A stretch of 64,000 bases of DNA. Origin: Camelus ferus (lineage: Eukaryota). Positions 40,416 through 53,543 of this stretch are shown here, piece after piece. Numbering within the stretch: the stretch's first letter is position 1; each line of letters starts with the position of its first letter. The position numbers and the translations under genes were made by a program. The stretch spans positions 81,408,001 to 81,472,000 of the forward strand of contig NC_045697.1 in NCBI RefSeq assembly GCF_009834535.1, written 5' to 3'. The notes under the pieces were generated by a model that was given only the letters and a program-made list of their open reading frames with translations, searched no databases and was not told the DNA's origin.

Positions 40416-42349
40416 CGGTTTTATGAAAAAAGGGGTCATCTCTCACAGAATTTCTTCTTAAAGCTAAGGGAAATTATAATTATTAACTCAATCACTATAT
40501 CTTCCTTACGAAGAAACCATTCTAAATTCTAACAACCAAAATATTCATAAGATTAGATCTTTGTGTTTTATTGCAGAGCATAAACTAAATATGCATATGT
40601 AAAATAGTATATAATGAGTATATATAAACATACACACAATTGCTTAACCTAAACAAATTCAGCAAGCTTCAATTTGACTTTTCTACAAAATGAGGGAAAG
40701 AGAAATTCCTTTCTTAAAAGTAAATTCCCCATGTGGCTATCAATTAAAATATATTTATTTATTTTTTTTAATATAAGGTCGGTAAAACTTCAACATATCA
40801 CAGTACGGTGGGTCCAAAAGATCAAGATCTTAACCTTCAGGGATATGCTACTCTGAGATTAATGAAATGGCCTAAGCATCCTATTATAGACAATAGCTGA
40901 CTTTGCCAGCTCATTCTCTCCTGCCCCCACTCTGCTTTGGTGCAGCTAGTTGCCCTTTTTCATTCTGGATTAAATTACTAATTTCCATTGTTGATTCTCC
41001 ACCATCCTCAGCTTCCCCTTCTTTTCTATCTGGTCTACCTTCGCTCAAACGAAAGAAAGCAAGAACTCTAGCCCTCCTCTTCCTGAGACAGGGTAGAGGC
41101 CTAGAGGCAGGTATCACTCATACAAAATTTATCATATTTAAATTTTTTTGTTATCCTAGGTAGACTTTTCACAGGTCTTTATTGTTTTAAACTTCAATAA
41201 CTGATAGAAACACTCTTTATCTAGACATGTGGCTAGATATGCCTTTACCTAGATATGTCACCGAGGCCTGACTTTCTTCCTTTCTCCCTTCAGGTCAAAT
41301 GTCCCTTTCAGTGATGCCTTCCTCAAGCATCCTAATTTAAATTGCCCCCATCACCTCAAAAAATCTTTCCCATACCCCCTTTGCCTTTGCTCTTCATTCC
41401 ACTTATTATCTATCTTATTACACATTTTTATTTATATATGTTAGTTTTGAGATCAGGAGGATAACAATCTGATCACCAATAGCCATGACTGGACAAACAA
41501 ATGCCAAAAGTCCGATTAAATGCACACATTTTAGTGATGCCAATGTGGACTGAAGTCCAACAAAGACCAGCTGACTCATGAGGTCCTTATCCAGTGTTAG
41601 AAATTACACTCACAGCAGCATTCTTAGCCCAGTATTTAGGTTAGATCATAGTTGGGGAGAAGGGAAGGAGAAGGCAGAAAATTATGAGAAGACACATGAA
41701 TTAAACAATTCTTCAAAGAGTATAAACCATGACTAATAGAGCTACCTTGTGTTGGCATTTGTTTTTTATTATCAGCATGGAGGGAGCCTCAAAAGCTTAG
41801 TTAGTTTCATTATAAATAAAGAAGTCATAATATTTCTGTGATTGTGAAATTCATAGCTTCTATGTAAGCACAAAGAATTATTTCTTTCTTCCAAGTTTAA
41901 TTCCTTTTGACTTTCTGCATTTGGAAGGACAAACTGATTCTGATGCAATACACAATTTACCACCTAGATACAGGCTGTAAATACATAACACACTTCTTAG
42001 GCAGATACTTTTCTGAGGATCTTATGGGTAAATCTAAATTTATGAACCTTGTCCCTATTTCTTTTTTAATTGGTACATCATTTTGTTTAATAATTGCATT
42101 ATTTCCTGCTTTGCTATGGTAGGTAAAAGGAACTAAGCAATGCTAATATTGATTTCAAAGGCAGCATATTTTGTGAGAAGACTGAAGTCTTTTTCCCCCC
42201 ATGCTTTGTATATATTATACTGCCTTACCCCTGCTGATCCTAATGGAAACTTAACATGAATGCATATATCTAAATTCTTTTTTAAGCCATTTTGTTTACT
42301 TATGATACATTGGTTATGTTTTATTTTAATAAATGTTTTAATCTGTTAG

Positions 42350-42987
42350 TTATATTTTATTTAACAAATATCCATTGAGTGTCTATTAGCAGACAGGTGT
42401 TTTTCTATTCGTTTGAGTATATAAAAGTATAAAAAGCAAGGTTTATGTTATATTAGGAGGGAGACAGACATAAAATTTACAACTGATTTATGTAGTGTTT
42501 TAAAAAGTATTATAATAGGAGATGAAAATAGAGGAGCAAAATGAATATGGGTTATGTGGTGAAGCAATGTTAAAGGTAAGAGTAATTGGGAAGGTGGTAT
42601 CTGAGCAAAGATTAGGAGAGGTGAGAAAGTCCACCTCTCACATATTTGAGATAAAAGCTTCCCAACAGAGACAAAAACATGTGCCAAGGCCCTGTGGTCA
42701 AATCATGCCTAATGAATTATGGGAATAGCCACCAGGCCAACATGGCTGCAGCAGAGTGAGCTAAGGGGTTGGCCTTGAGGAGGAGAGGACAGAGAGTTGG
42801 GGAAGGGGGAGGCACAGAGTCCTAGCACCTACTGAGGCATGTTATGGGTTTTAGCTTTTCATTTAGTATAAAATGACTGTATTATTGAGTTTTAGACTAC
42901 AAAAACCATTACAACCTTATTTTCATTGTAAAAAGAACCTTCTGGTTTCTGAATACATTGATTTCTATAAGGATAGGAATAAGAAAA
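42350..42987 (-). mobile_element. L2 LINE 3' region; continues at ~43870-44050 after the L1 insert
   Basis: 'tttaacaaatatccattgagtgtctatt', 'gtgccaaggccctgtgg', 'ggccaacatggctgcagcagagtgagc'; resumes 'tattttgaagttagagtcactaggatttg'. Confidence 0.8.
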
Positions 42988-43000
42988 CCATGTTTTCCCC

Positions 43001-43712
43001 TTTTTAATTAAAGATATAATTTTTCTAGTGCAGTTTAAACTTCACAGTAAAATTAAGAGGAATTTACAGATATTTCCTATATAATCCCCTGCCCCACATG
43101 CACATCTTTCCCCGGTATTAACATCCCTCACCAGAGTGGTGCATTTGCTACAACTGATGAACCTACGTTGATAACATCATAACCCCCCAAAGCCCAAAGT
43201 CTACATTACAATTCACTTCTGGTGTTTTACATTCTACGGGTTTGGAAAAATATATAAGTGACATGTACACATCACTACAGTGTCATACAGAGTAGTTTCA
43301 TTGTCCTAAAAATCCTTTGTGCTCTACTAACTTGCCTTATTTCCCTTTAACTCTGACAACCACTGATCTTTTTACTGTCTTCATTGTTTTGCTCTTTTCA
43401 GAATGTCCTATAGTTGAAATCATACAGTATATAGTCTTTTCAGATTGCTTTCTTTCACTTAGCAATATACATTTAATATTCTTCCATGTCTTTTTATGGC
43501 TTGATATTTTATTTCCTTTTAGTGCTGAATAATATTCCATTATCTGGACGTACCACAGTTTATTTATCCATTCATCTATGAAAGGACATCTTGATTGTTA
43601 ACAACTGCTGGCAACTGTGAATAAAGCTGCTATAAACAGCCCTGAACAGGGTTTTGTGTGGATTTAGGTTGTCAACTCCTTTGTGTTACACTACCAAGGA
43701 ACACTGCAGATG
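43001..43712 (-). mobile_element. L1MC1/2-type 3' end
   Basis: 'ccagagtggtgcatttgctacaactgatgaacctac'; minus ORF 43337-43540 MEYYSALKGN...LLSERKQSEK matches the L1 ORF2-end/3'UTR translation. Confidence 0.85.
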
Positions 43713-45699
43713 CCATGGTTTTCCCTGTGGCCTCCCCTCTCTTATAGATCCAAGAAGAATTTTGATTTTTTTCAGTATATGTATCTTTTACTTGTTAGGA
43801 TGGAGTAATGACTTCTAAGCCTCTTTAAGTGCAACTGTACACTGTATTTAAAAACTGATCTTTTAAATATTCAGTTATCTAGGTGATAAATGATAATGGT
43901 TTAGGACTAAGTTATGAAATGTCATGGTGAAGAAAGCTGAATGTATTTTGAAGTTAGAGTCACTAGGATTTGATAATGGAGCAGATGTGGTATATGAAAG
44001 AAAAATATGAGTTAAAGAATTTGACCTGAGACTGGAGGGGTGGAGTTAACTATTTTTCTGTGTTTGTTGCTTTAAAAACTGAAAATCAAGTAGCAAAGCT
44101 ATAAACCGCTTAAGGAATCACCAATGTTGATATTTCATTTTAAGGTAGAATTTATTTTATCTTCACAACACTGAAATATCTTTTTTTCCCCCAGTGGAGA
44201 AAACAATGGAAGATTCAACAGAATTGCTAATTACCAATTTTTGCTTCTGAGGAAGGACTGAAATTCTTTTGGAAAAAATCTAGGTAAGTTGTGTCTGAAC
44301 TAATTTGGAAAAACTATTAATTTATAAAAAAATGTTTCTATAGGATACCTTCTACATTTCTACTGTCTAGGTTGTTTTATATTGATTATATTTTGAAGGT
44401 AATGGTGATGAGAAAATAATGTCATAGTTAACATTTTTAAGATTTTAAGATTATTTATCATTCTTTCTTTAACAACTAATATTTGCTTCTTTAGGGTTAA
44501 CTTCCTTTTCAGTTCAAAATATCACCACACAATCCTTAATTATTCTGGCATTTAAATAATCAGAATAAACTAAACTTACAGTGTTTCAGTATTATTTTAT
44601 TAAAACCATCAATAATCTTTATAATAAATTATTTTATTAGGATTAGATATAATTAATAAAACTGAATCCAATGTATATTCCTTTTCTCATTTTCTAAAGA
44701 TTGTGGCATTTTGATTGCTACAGAAAAAAAGAACTATAGAAATGAACAAAAATAAGATGCAGAGAAGCCATAAACTGGATAATTAACTCTGAAATAGTTA
44801 CTACTTGGTTGAAATTTATAATAAAGTTTGGTAAGGGAGGTTTGATAAGCATTCACTGCTCTTAGAAAAGCAGTGATGGTAACTTTTTTCAATGGCATAA
44901 ACAAGCTTTTGGCCCAGTAACCTGATTCATAATATGACAAATTTGAAGGAATTACATGTTAAATGATATTTTTTCGGAGATAATTTCTTAATAGTCCAAG
45001 CTCAATTAATACTTAATATTCAAGGCCAGTGACTTAATGATAAATTCAGCTTTTGAAAAAGGCACCACACCAAGTAACAAAGACTAATTTTGATTTTTTT
45101 CAAGTGTGCAGAGTGTAAGGAATTCATAATAGCATAGTTACCATTGTATATCTGTATGTTAAAGACTTGAAATGATTAACACATTGGAACATAAACCACA
45201 GAAAATGTTCAACACTTGATAGAGTCAGGAACATTTAGGACAATGCAAAAACATCTGCCCAGAAAATTGTTTTCCAAACACTGAAAATTATAAGCAATTA
45301 TCAAGAATTTTACCTGACTATACTTATAACTCTGACTTAGTGACAGCTTAACTGGTATTAAGCTTCATTTTTCAGCACTAAGATTTTGAGATAATCACTA
45401 TGTGCTTGTAATTTATATGACTTCTTTCTTTTTTTGTATGTGCAGAAAATAATTCAGCAACATTTTTTTAAGAGGGTAATTAGGTTGGAGCATAAGGTTG
45501 ATCTCATTTTTAAAAACTGGTGAAAAGAAATTTGTGTTACTGTGCTTACTTAAAAGTTTGAGAATATAAATTTTCTCACTTTTAATTTTATTCTTTTCTA
45601 AAATAATACCTAGCCAATCACTTCTCAGTGTCCATTTGGTATAATTTCAATTGCACATGTATGTTAATAGTAAAATATAAGAATAGCAAAAAAAGAAAG

Positions 45700-45925
45700 A
45701 AAATATAGTGAAGAATTGTATGGCAAAGTACAGATTTTGTATCAGACAAACTAATATTCAAATCTTACCTTCATCAGCCACCCTATAACATCTCTCAGTT
45801 TCAGTCTTAATCCTGTCTGTAAAATGGGAAATATTTCTGCCAGAGGGACAGTAAGGTAGTGCATATAAAATGTTTATTAAAGTGGACAGCACATGATAAA
45901 CACTCAATGAATAATAATTACTACT
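45700..45925 (+). mobile_element. MIR SINE
   Basis: 'tcagacaaactaatattcaaatc', 'tcagtcttaatcctgtctgtaaaatggga', 'agcacatgataaacactcaatgaat'. Confidence 0.75.
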
Positions 45926-48789
45926 GTTGGCCAATGATGCTCTTTTGAGAAAGGTTATATGCATTTGCTATTATTCTTGCCATCATGTAATTTATGTGGT
46001 ATTTTATTGTTATTAATATACATACTCTTCATATCAAAAGAAAATAAAAAAGGATAAGTAATTACAGAAAAGATCAATGAAATATGTGAAAGTCAAATAG
46101 AATTAGCAGAATCACAGTAAAAAATATCTATGAGTTTTTAAAGAAAATCATTGGAGAACACAAGTCAACATTCTTGTGTGTTACGAATTTCCTTCCCAAT
46201 TCTTCAGCTTACATTTGAAAAAGTAAACCACAATATATTTTTGACATGAAGCTATATTCCTTCTTCCAATCTGCATAGAAGGAAATTACATTCAGATAGC
46301 AAACAACAGTATATGTACTTTAATCAAAATCCTGGGGTTCTGGTGACAGAGTCCTGAAGGCTAGTGAAAAGAATTTGATGACTAATAAATTTTGAAATTT
46401 AAGTTTCAGGAAAAGAGATACCCTAACAAAAACAGATAATGTGGATGCTTAGTATTTTACATCTATCAAGGTTTAACGTCTCTAAGCATAACTCCATACT
46501 CTTAATTTTAATTTAATATTATAGAAATATTAAGTCTCTAAGTAAAATTATACAAATGACGCAAAATCAAATACATCATATCTATGAAGCTATTTTATTA
46601 ATCTACATTTTCCTGGGGATCTCTTCTTTATTTGCCTGATACATCCCTGAAACTATTATTTTTACACTGTATTTCAGGTTTGACCCATCAGCAAATGACA
46701 CATAAGATTCAAAATTTAAAACTATACTTAATGATCTGTCATTTGTTATAGAATTGTGTTGATTACAAATACTATTTCCAATGTCAAGGCAACACTGAAA
46801 AAAAAACTTTTTTTGAACAGTAGTATCGTTTTGCAGCTTCTGTTAATAAGGAAAGAATTTATATAAAGAAAGGTTTAAACAACTGAATAATACACAATCA
46901 TCACTATCATCATGATAATTATCAACAATGTCATTTCTAATAACTTATATATACTTACTATCAGGAAAGAAAGCCATCTGTTTCATTGATAAATGAATAA
47001 ACTAAATGTATGCAAATTACTTAAACGTATTTTGAATCTAAATCTCAAATACATAGAGTTTATACAAGTAATACGACTGAATGACAACTTAAAATGTTTA
47101 ATTACCTCGCTTCCAAACTTTAGGTGATAACCACTTTATGCATGGTTACCAGAAGAACTGGATGGGACTGGCAGAACTCTGATTTTTGTTCCTTAATGCC
47201 CATTTATTTAATTTTTTTCTCAACTTTGAGAAAATTAGTTGGTTAAAAGTGACAGTTGAGGAAGAATAAGAACTTTTGTAACCCAACCAATACTTTGCAG
47301 TGTATTGGTTGTCCTCTTCTAGAATATAGATAAGTATAACTAAGTAACTAAACAGCTACAAATTTGAACAATACTAGCTTTAGGGATCACCAAAGAGTAA
47401 GCCAGAATGTTACTTTCATTGAGTTGCACTTTACTGAAAGAAACTTCACATACTTACTTTTTTTTTTTTTTTTTTACAGAGAGAGGCAAGTGATAAAAAG
47501 AGAATGGGAATACTATTATTAGCAATGATAATTATACTGCTTCCATAAGGTATTTTCAAAAGATAAAACTATACATTTATGATCTTTTTCATATATACTT
47601 TGCAGTTCAAGTTTAATTCCCAATTATTTTGTCATACATTAGTAAAACGGGTGTACTTAGGAAATAATATGAAGTGATCATTAATGCTTAATTCTTTTGT
47701 CATCAAAACTGCATAATTCAAAGAATTTACCTGAAGTTTATCTAACTACTTATTTGCATAATTAGTTTACAGAAGATACATTTTCATTCTAGTGAATTAA
47801 AATTATTTTCACTGCCATCTAGAAATGAGAGCATGGTAGTAAATCTACTTTACTTTTCTGTGATAGATTTTGCTGGGAAAAGTGGTGGGAAGCAGAAAGG
47901 TAGTTTCCTAGTTGAATAATATATATTGAGAAAGAGTGAATAGAAAAAGCCATTTAAAAAGTTAACCCTTTTTTGGGAACTTTGGAAAGAAGTACTTGCT
48001 GGCTGACCAAAGACTATTAACAATTTATACCATGCAACTAGACAGGAATGCCGCTTTACATTTTGCTGCATGAGGAAACAAGCCAATGTGTGTGTGAACT
48101 ATTAAATATCTGCATTTGGTTATAAAGATTTCTTGTGTTAGTAAAGAAATGCTGTTTGTAGAGTGCCTTGTAGAAAAAAATAGACAGAAATTCTACCCAA
48201 TTTTGGTTGCTAGGAGCCAGATGGTCAATATCTGAGCCAAAGTAATGAATGACCATGAAAATGAACTGGGATGGGTATATGTGAAAAATGCTTGAGAACT
48301 GATTGTGTTCTTAGATGTTATGCAATCTAATTTAAAGACATAGTGCTCTTTATTTATCTCAGTCTCTCTTTTTTCCATGGTCTAGTCCAAGTAATTATTT
48401 TACTGTTTCTGAAAGATCAACTCATTTTATTCTTTAGCTTCTGAGACAGTGTAAATTTTTAGCATTTTACTTATTCCATCCTTCCATCTTTTAAAAATAT
48501 TTATAAAGATATAAACCGATTAATGAGCAACTACATGTATTCTACTGCTATCTGCAGATATGCTGCCTCAATTTCTGATTGCATTATCAATGTCAACATT
48601 TTAGCTTTGATAATCACAGTCTGTCTTGAGCCTGGCTATAGGATGATGTCTTTTTTTCCTTTAGAACTTACAAGAATTATTTTTTCTAAAGTTTAATTCT
48701 ATTCAATATTTCTTTCTCTGGCAATTATGATTTATGAAGTAAGTTAAATCCAGATTGGCATTTTCTCTGATTCTTTTCTCAGTCAATGT

Positions 48790-49390
48790 GGCAGTCTCTT
48801 CTAGCCCCATGGTATCAAACCCCCTCTTTATGTAAATAACTCTCAAATTTATATCTCTGTATTATTAACATACTGATCCAGTTCTCCACCTGGACGTCTA
48901 ATACAGATATCACAAGTACAACATATCCAAAACTAAATTCTTAATTTTCCCTCAAACCTAAACCACATGTAATATTCCCCATCTCAACTGATCTGAAGTC
49001 CATCTTCCATTTGGTCAGAATAAAAACTTTGGAATCATCCTGAATTACCCTTGATTCATCCCCTCTTCCAGCTTTTACTCAAGGTGGCAGCAATTCCCAT
49101 TGATTATACTTTATCAATATATCAAAAATGCTAACAGAGGGAGGGTATAGCTCAAATGGTAGAGCGCATGTTTAGCATGCACAAGGTCCTGGGTTCAACC
49201 CCCAGTACCTCCATCAAATAAATAAATAAATGAACCTAATTACCTCCCTCAAAAAAAAAAAAAAAACCTAAAACAAAACAAAACAAAATGCTAACAGTCA
49301 TCATCAATTCTACAGCCATTGTATTTGACTAGGCCACAATCATATCTTACCTAATTCAACAGAATAATTCTCTCTGCTTTTGTTTCTGTG
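48790..49390 (+). mobile_element. L2 LINE fragment, interrupted by a SINE
   Basis: 'actctcaaatttatatctctg', 'ctccacctggacgtctaata', 'caacatatccaaaactaaattctt', 'aaaactttggaatcatcctga'. Confidence 0.8.
49138..49284 (+). mobile_element. Camelid tRNA-derived SINE (vic-1-like)
   Basis: GGGTATAGCTCAAATGGTAGAGCGCATGTTTAGCATGCACAAGGTCCTGGGTTCAACCCCCAGTACC, A-rich tail, perfect 13-bp TSD AAAATGCTAACAG (49125-49137 / 49285-49297). Confidence 0.95.
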
Positions 49391-49640
49391 ATGCCTCCTT
49401 CTCTGACTCTGATTATCCAGCCGTCCTCTTATAAGTACCCTTATTAATATATTGGACTTATTAAGATAATATAAGATAACCTTCCATTGCAAGATCCTTA
49501 ACCACACAACCTAAAATATTCACACTTTCTTGTGATTAGGATGTGGATGTCTTTGGGGAAAGGCATGATTCTTTCTACCACAAGAAGCTAGATTGTTATT
49601 AGCTTAATGCTCAAAAATGGATCAGAAATAGAATAGCCCT

Positions 49641-49762
49641 TGTTAGGGGAGAGAGAGAATCCTCCACGAATCTCTTAGGTTTCTACATGTCTTCCAAAGC
49701 AAGGCATTGACCACCCTTTGTTCTGAATTATATTTTGAAGAATGTTTATATAGGAAACAGCT
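49641..49762 (+). mobile_element. MER54/MER74-like LTR 5' fragment among MaLR fragments (~49400-49865)
   Basis: Similar to the reverse complement of 35460-35573 ('ggcattgaccaccctttgttctgaattatattttgaag'). Confidence 0.6.
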
Positions 49763-51509
49763 GACATGATTTTAAGACTTCTGAACTTTAAAACTAATAA
49801 TTTTTTTTATTTAAAGCCATTATAATTCTGATAATTTGCTATAGTTCCAATAAGAAACTAATGCAATAATATTCAGAAATCAGGTAATACTGTCCACCAG
49901 ATTGTTGAGAACTCCCTCTCTGTGTGCTCCCTCTATATTGAATATCTAACTAAATATGGCTCATAACAATCTACACACACTATAAACAGCACATTTTCCA
50001 ACCTCATCAACCAAAGCAAGCTCAGTAGATGAATATTTATTTTAGCCAAAAGTCACAGGCCAACGTGGGTCTCTGCTCCCCGTATTCATTCAAAGATAAT
50101 AGCTTGCCCATGTAGTGATTTTCAAATGTATCCAACCTCATAAATGGAAACTGATGAAGACTGTTTATGGGATATTTTATGTAAGTTTTGGAGGTTTTAA
50201 ATATATAATTTCTGTCCACATTGTAGTTATCCATAAGTGTCACATGATCCCACCTATCTGCTAGTTTGCTAGAAAATAGTTTAGAATTATTACTAGATAA
50301 AGAAGAAGAACACGGGTATTGCTGAATGTTAGCACTCTGCCTACAACTCAGCATTCTGCTAAGTAATTCATATATATTATCTTCTTTAAATCAAACCATA
50401 AACATTCGAAGCAAGGTATTGTTTGTCCTTCTATTTTACAGTATTCTCTGAGAAATATATAACTGATTCTAAGACAAATAAGTAACATTTCCAAATGTTC
50501 ACAGCTAATCCATTAGAGTGTCAAGGTCACAATCCAGACAGTATAGCATCAGAGTTGCAAAAACCTATTTTAGAAAAACTTTTGTGTCTTAAAAGTTAAT
50601 AGTTATTGTAAACAGAGTTTAATCTATACCCTATCTATTCTATTGTATACTGCAAATAACATACACTCTACTACCACCCTAAATTCAAGGGGGTTCTTTA
50701 GTGATTCTGTACACCTGCTTTGTCATTCCACATATTTGGTATGTTAGTGGCTGGTGATACTGTATGGCCTAGAGGTATTTTTTCTTCAACCCCTTTTTCT
50801 AACTGATAAGATCAGAATCTCAATAGATACCAGCTATATTATTTCATCACCCTTTGTAAGCTACTACCGAACCCAGTAACTGGTTATTTTCACTAGTAGA
50901 GAACTTTCCAATCTCTCACTGAAGGTTATGAGCTCAAGTTTACTGATGTTCTTCATATAACTTAGTGACATAGAAGGAGAGCTTCATCATTTGTGCGATA
51001 AGTATAAACATGTATTTTTTCCAAGACAAAAATCAACCAACCAAAAGCAAAAAAGAAATAAAAGCAAAAACAACAAAAATTAACTAAATAACCTAACAGT
51101 TAAACTATCTTATAAAAATATCCAACTTATTATACCAGAATTAATTATAACTAAATTACGTAAGTGAGGTTATTTTAATTTAGGTGAAGGAAACGTCTAT
51201 TATCTCTTACAAATTTGAGGGGCTCCAAATTTGGGGGACTCTTAAAAGGCACACTTTTATCAGGATGTTCTAATTCTTGTGTACATGTTGGGGTTTTGCA
51301 TCCTTACTATCTGACTTCATAACACCACAGAATTTTCCTATTTTAGCATATATCACACATTATACATATCAAGCATTGAATAAACATGATTGTCTGCTGA
51401 GTTGCACTGTATTTAAGAAGAGCCATTATCCTCCAAAATTATTTCCTTAATTTAATATAAATTTCTTGGGTGGACTCTAGGGATATCTGGGTGAATCTTT
51501 TATGGATTC

Positions 51510-51678
51510 ACTTAAAAATATTCACTGGACATGTAATTCCATCAGTTATTAGTACACTGGAGATACTGAAATGAACAAAAGACCCATGTCCCTTGTCTTT
51601 TTTGAAGTTTACCAGATAACTGTAATATACAGTGATGTAAACAAAATTATAATCCAGTGTAATAAATGCTAGAATAGT
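51510..51678 (-). mobile_element. L2 3' end
   Basis: 'actggagatactgaaatgaacaaaagacccatgtccctt'. Confidence 0.6.
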
Positions 51679-52140
51679 AAGTATAGAGGGAACGTAGCTC
51701 AACATAATAAAAACTATGACAAACCCACAGTCAACATAACACTCAACGGTGAAAAGCTTAAAGCCTTCCTGCTAAAATCTCAAACAAGAAAATTTCTCAC
51801 CATTTTTCTTCAACATTGCGTTGGAAGTCCTAGCCATAGCAATCAGCCAAAAATAAATAAATAAATAAGTAAATAAAAAATAAAAGGGATCCAAATTGGA
51901 AGGGAAGAGGTAACACTGTCATGCATATGCAGATGACATGATGCTATATATGTAAAACCCTAAAAGCTCCACACAAAAACTATTAGAACTAATAAATTGT
52001 GCAAGGTAGCAGGATACAAGATTAACATACAGAAATTGGTTGCATTTCTTTACATTAACAATTAAATATCAGAAATTTAAAAAAAATCTGTTAAATTTCA
52101 TCAAAAAATAAAATACTTAGGAATAAAGCTGCCCAAGGAG

Positions 52141-52551
52141 ATGAAAGATTTACATGCTGAGAACTACAGAACACTGATAAAGGAAACTGAAGATGAGTTA
52201 AAGAAATGGAAAAATATCCTATGTTCTTGGATTAGAAGAATTAATATTGTTAAAACCGTCATACTACCCAAAGCAATCTACAGATTAAATGCGATACCTA
52301 TCGAATTATCCAGGACATTTTTCACAGACTTAAAACAAAGAATCCTAAAATTGATATGGAATCACAAAAGAATTGCCAAAGCATTACTGAAGAAAAAGAA
52401 TGAAGCTGGAGGAATAACCCTCCTAGACTTCAGACAATACTACAGAGCTACAGTAATGAAAACAGCATTTTATTGGTACAAAAACAGACATGTGGATCAA
52501 TGGAACAGAATAGAGAGCCCACAAATAAACCTACAGACCTACAGTCAATAA
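52141..52551 (+). pseudogene. L1 ORF2p residual open fragment (post-RT region)
   Basis: 136-aa translation is recognisably L1 ORF2p; flanked by frame disruptions. Confidence 0.95.
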
Positions 52552-53484
52552 ATCTTTGAAAAAGGATGCAAAAATATACAGTGGAGAAAAGACAGTCTCT
52601 TCAATGAGTGCTGTTGAGAAAGCTGGACAGCTGCATGTAAATGAATGAATTTAGAACACTCCCTCACACCATACACAAAAATAAACTCAACATGGCTTAA
52701 CAATTTAAATATAACACATGACACCATGAAACTCTTAGAAGAAAACATAGGCAAAACATTCTCTGACATAAAATGTAGCAGTTTTCTTAGGTCAGTCTCC
52801 TAAGGCAATAGAAATAAAAGCAAAAATAAACAAATGGAACCTAATGAAACTTATAAGCTTTTGCACAGCAAAGGAAACCATAAAACAAAAAAATAACCTA
52901 TGGACTGGGAGAAAATATTTGTAAACAATGTGACCTACAAGGGCTTAATTTCCAAAATATACAAACAGCTTATACAATTCAATAACAAAACAAAACAAAC
53001 AAACAAAAAAACCCAATCCAAAAATGGGCAGAAGATCTAAATAGACATTTCTTCAAAGAAGTTATACAGAAGACCAATAGGCACGTGAAAAGATGCTCAA
53101 CATCATTGATTATTAGAGAACTGCAAATCAAAACTACAATGAGGTATCACCCCACACCAGTTAGAACAGCCATTATCAAAATATCTACAAATAATAAATG
53201 CTGGAGAGGGTGTGAAGAAAAGGGAACCCTCCTACATTGTCGATAAGAATGTAATTGGTGCAGCCATTATGGAAAACAGCATGGAGGCTTCTTTAAAAAA
53301 AACTAAAAATAGAATTGCCATATGATCCAGCAAACCCACTCCTGGGCATATATCAGGAGAAAACTCCAATTTGAAAAGACACATGCACCAGAGCAACACT
53401 ATTTACAATAGCCAAGACATGGAAGTAACCTAAATATCCATCCACAGATGAATGGATAAAGGCAAGTGCTATATATATATATTT

Positions 53485-53488
<4 letters not shown>

Positions 53489-53540
<52 letters not shown>
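53489..53540. repeat. Perfect (AC)26 microsatellite inside the L1
   Basis: Uninterrupted AC run preceded by (TA)n. Confidence 0.97.

Positions 53541-53543
<3 letters not shown>

Noticed and set aside
49138..49212. tRNA-like sequence (also 33430-33500 on the - strand)
   Set aside because: Followed by a SINE body, A-rich tail and TSDs; it is a SINE head, not a tRNA gene
52141..52551. Longest ORF (136 aa) as a functional gene
   Set aside because: Residual L1 ORF2 piece within a truncated, stop-riddled element
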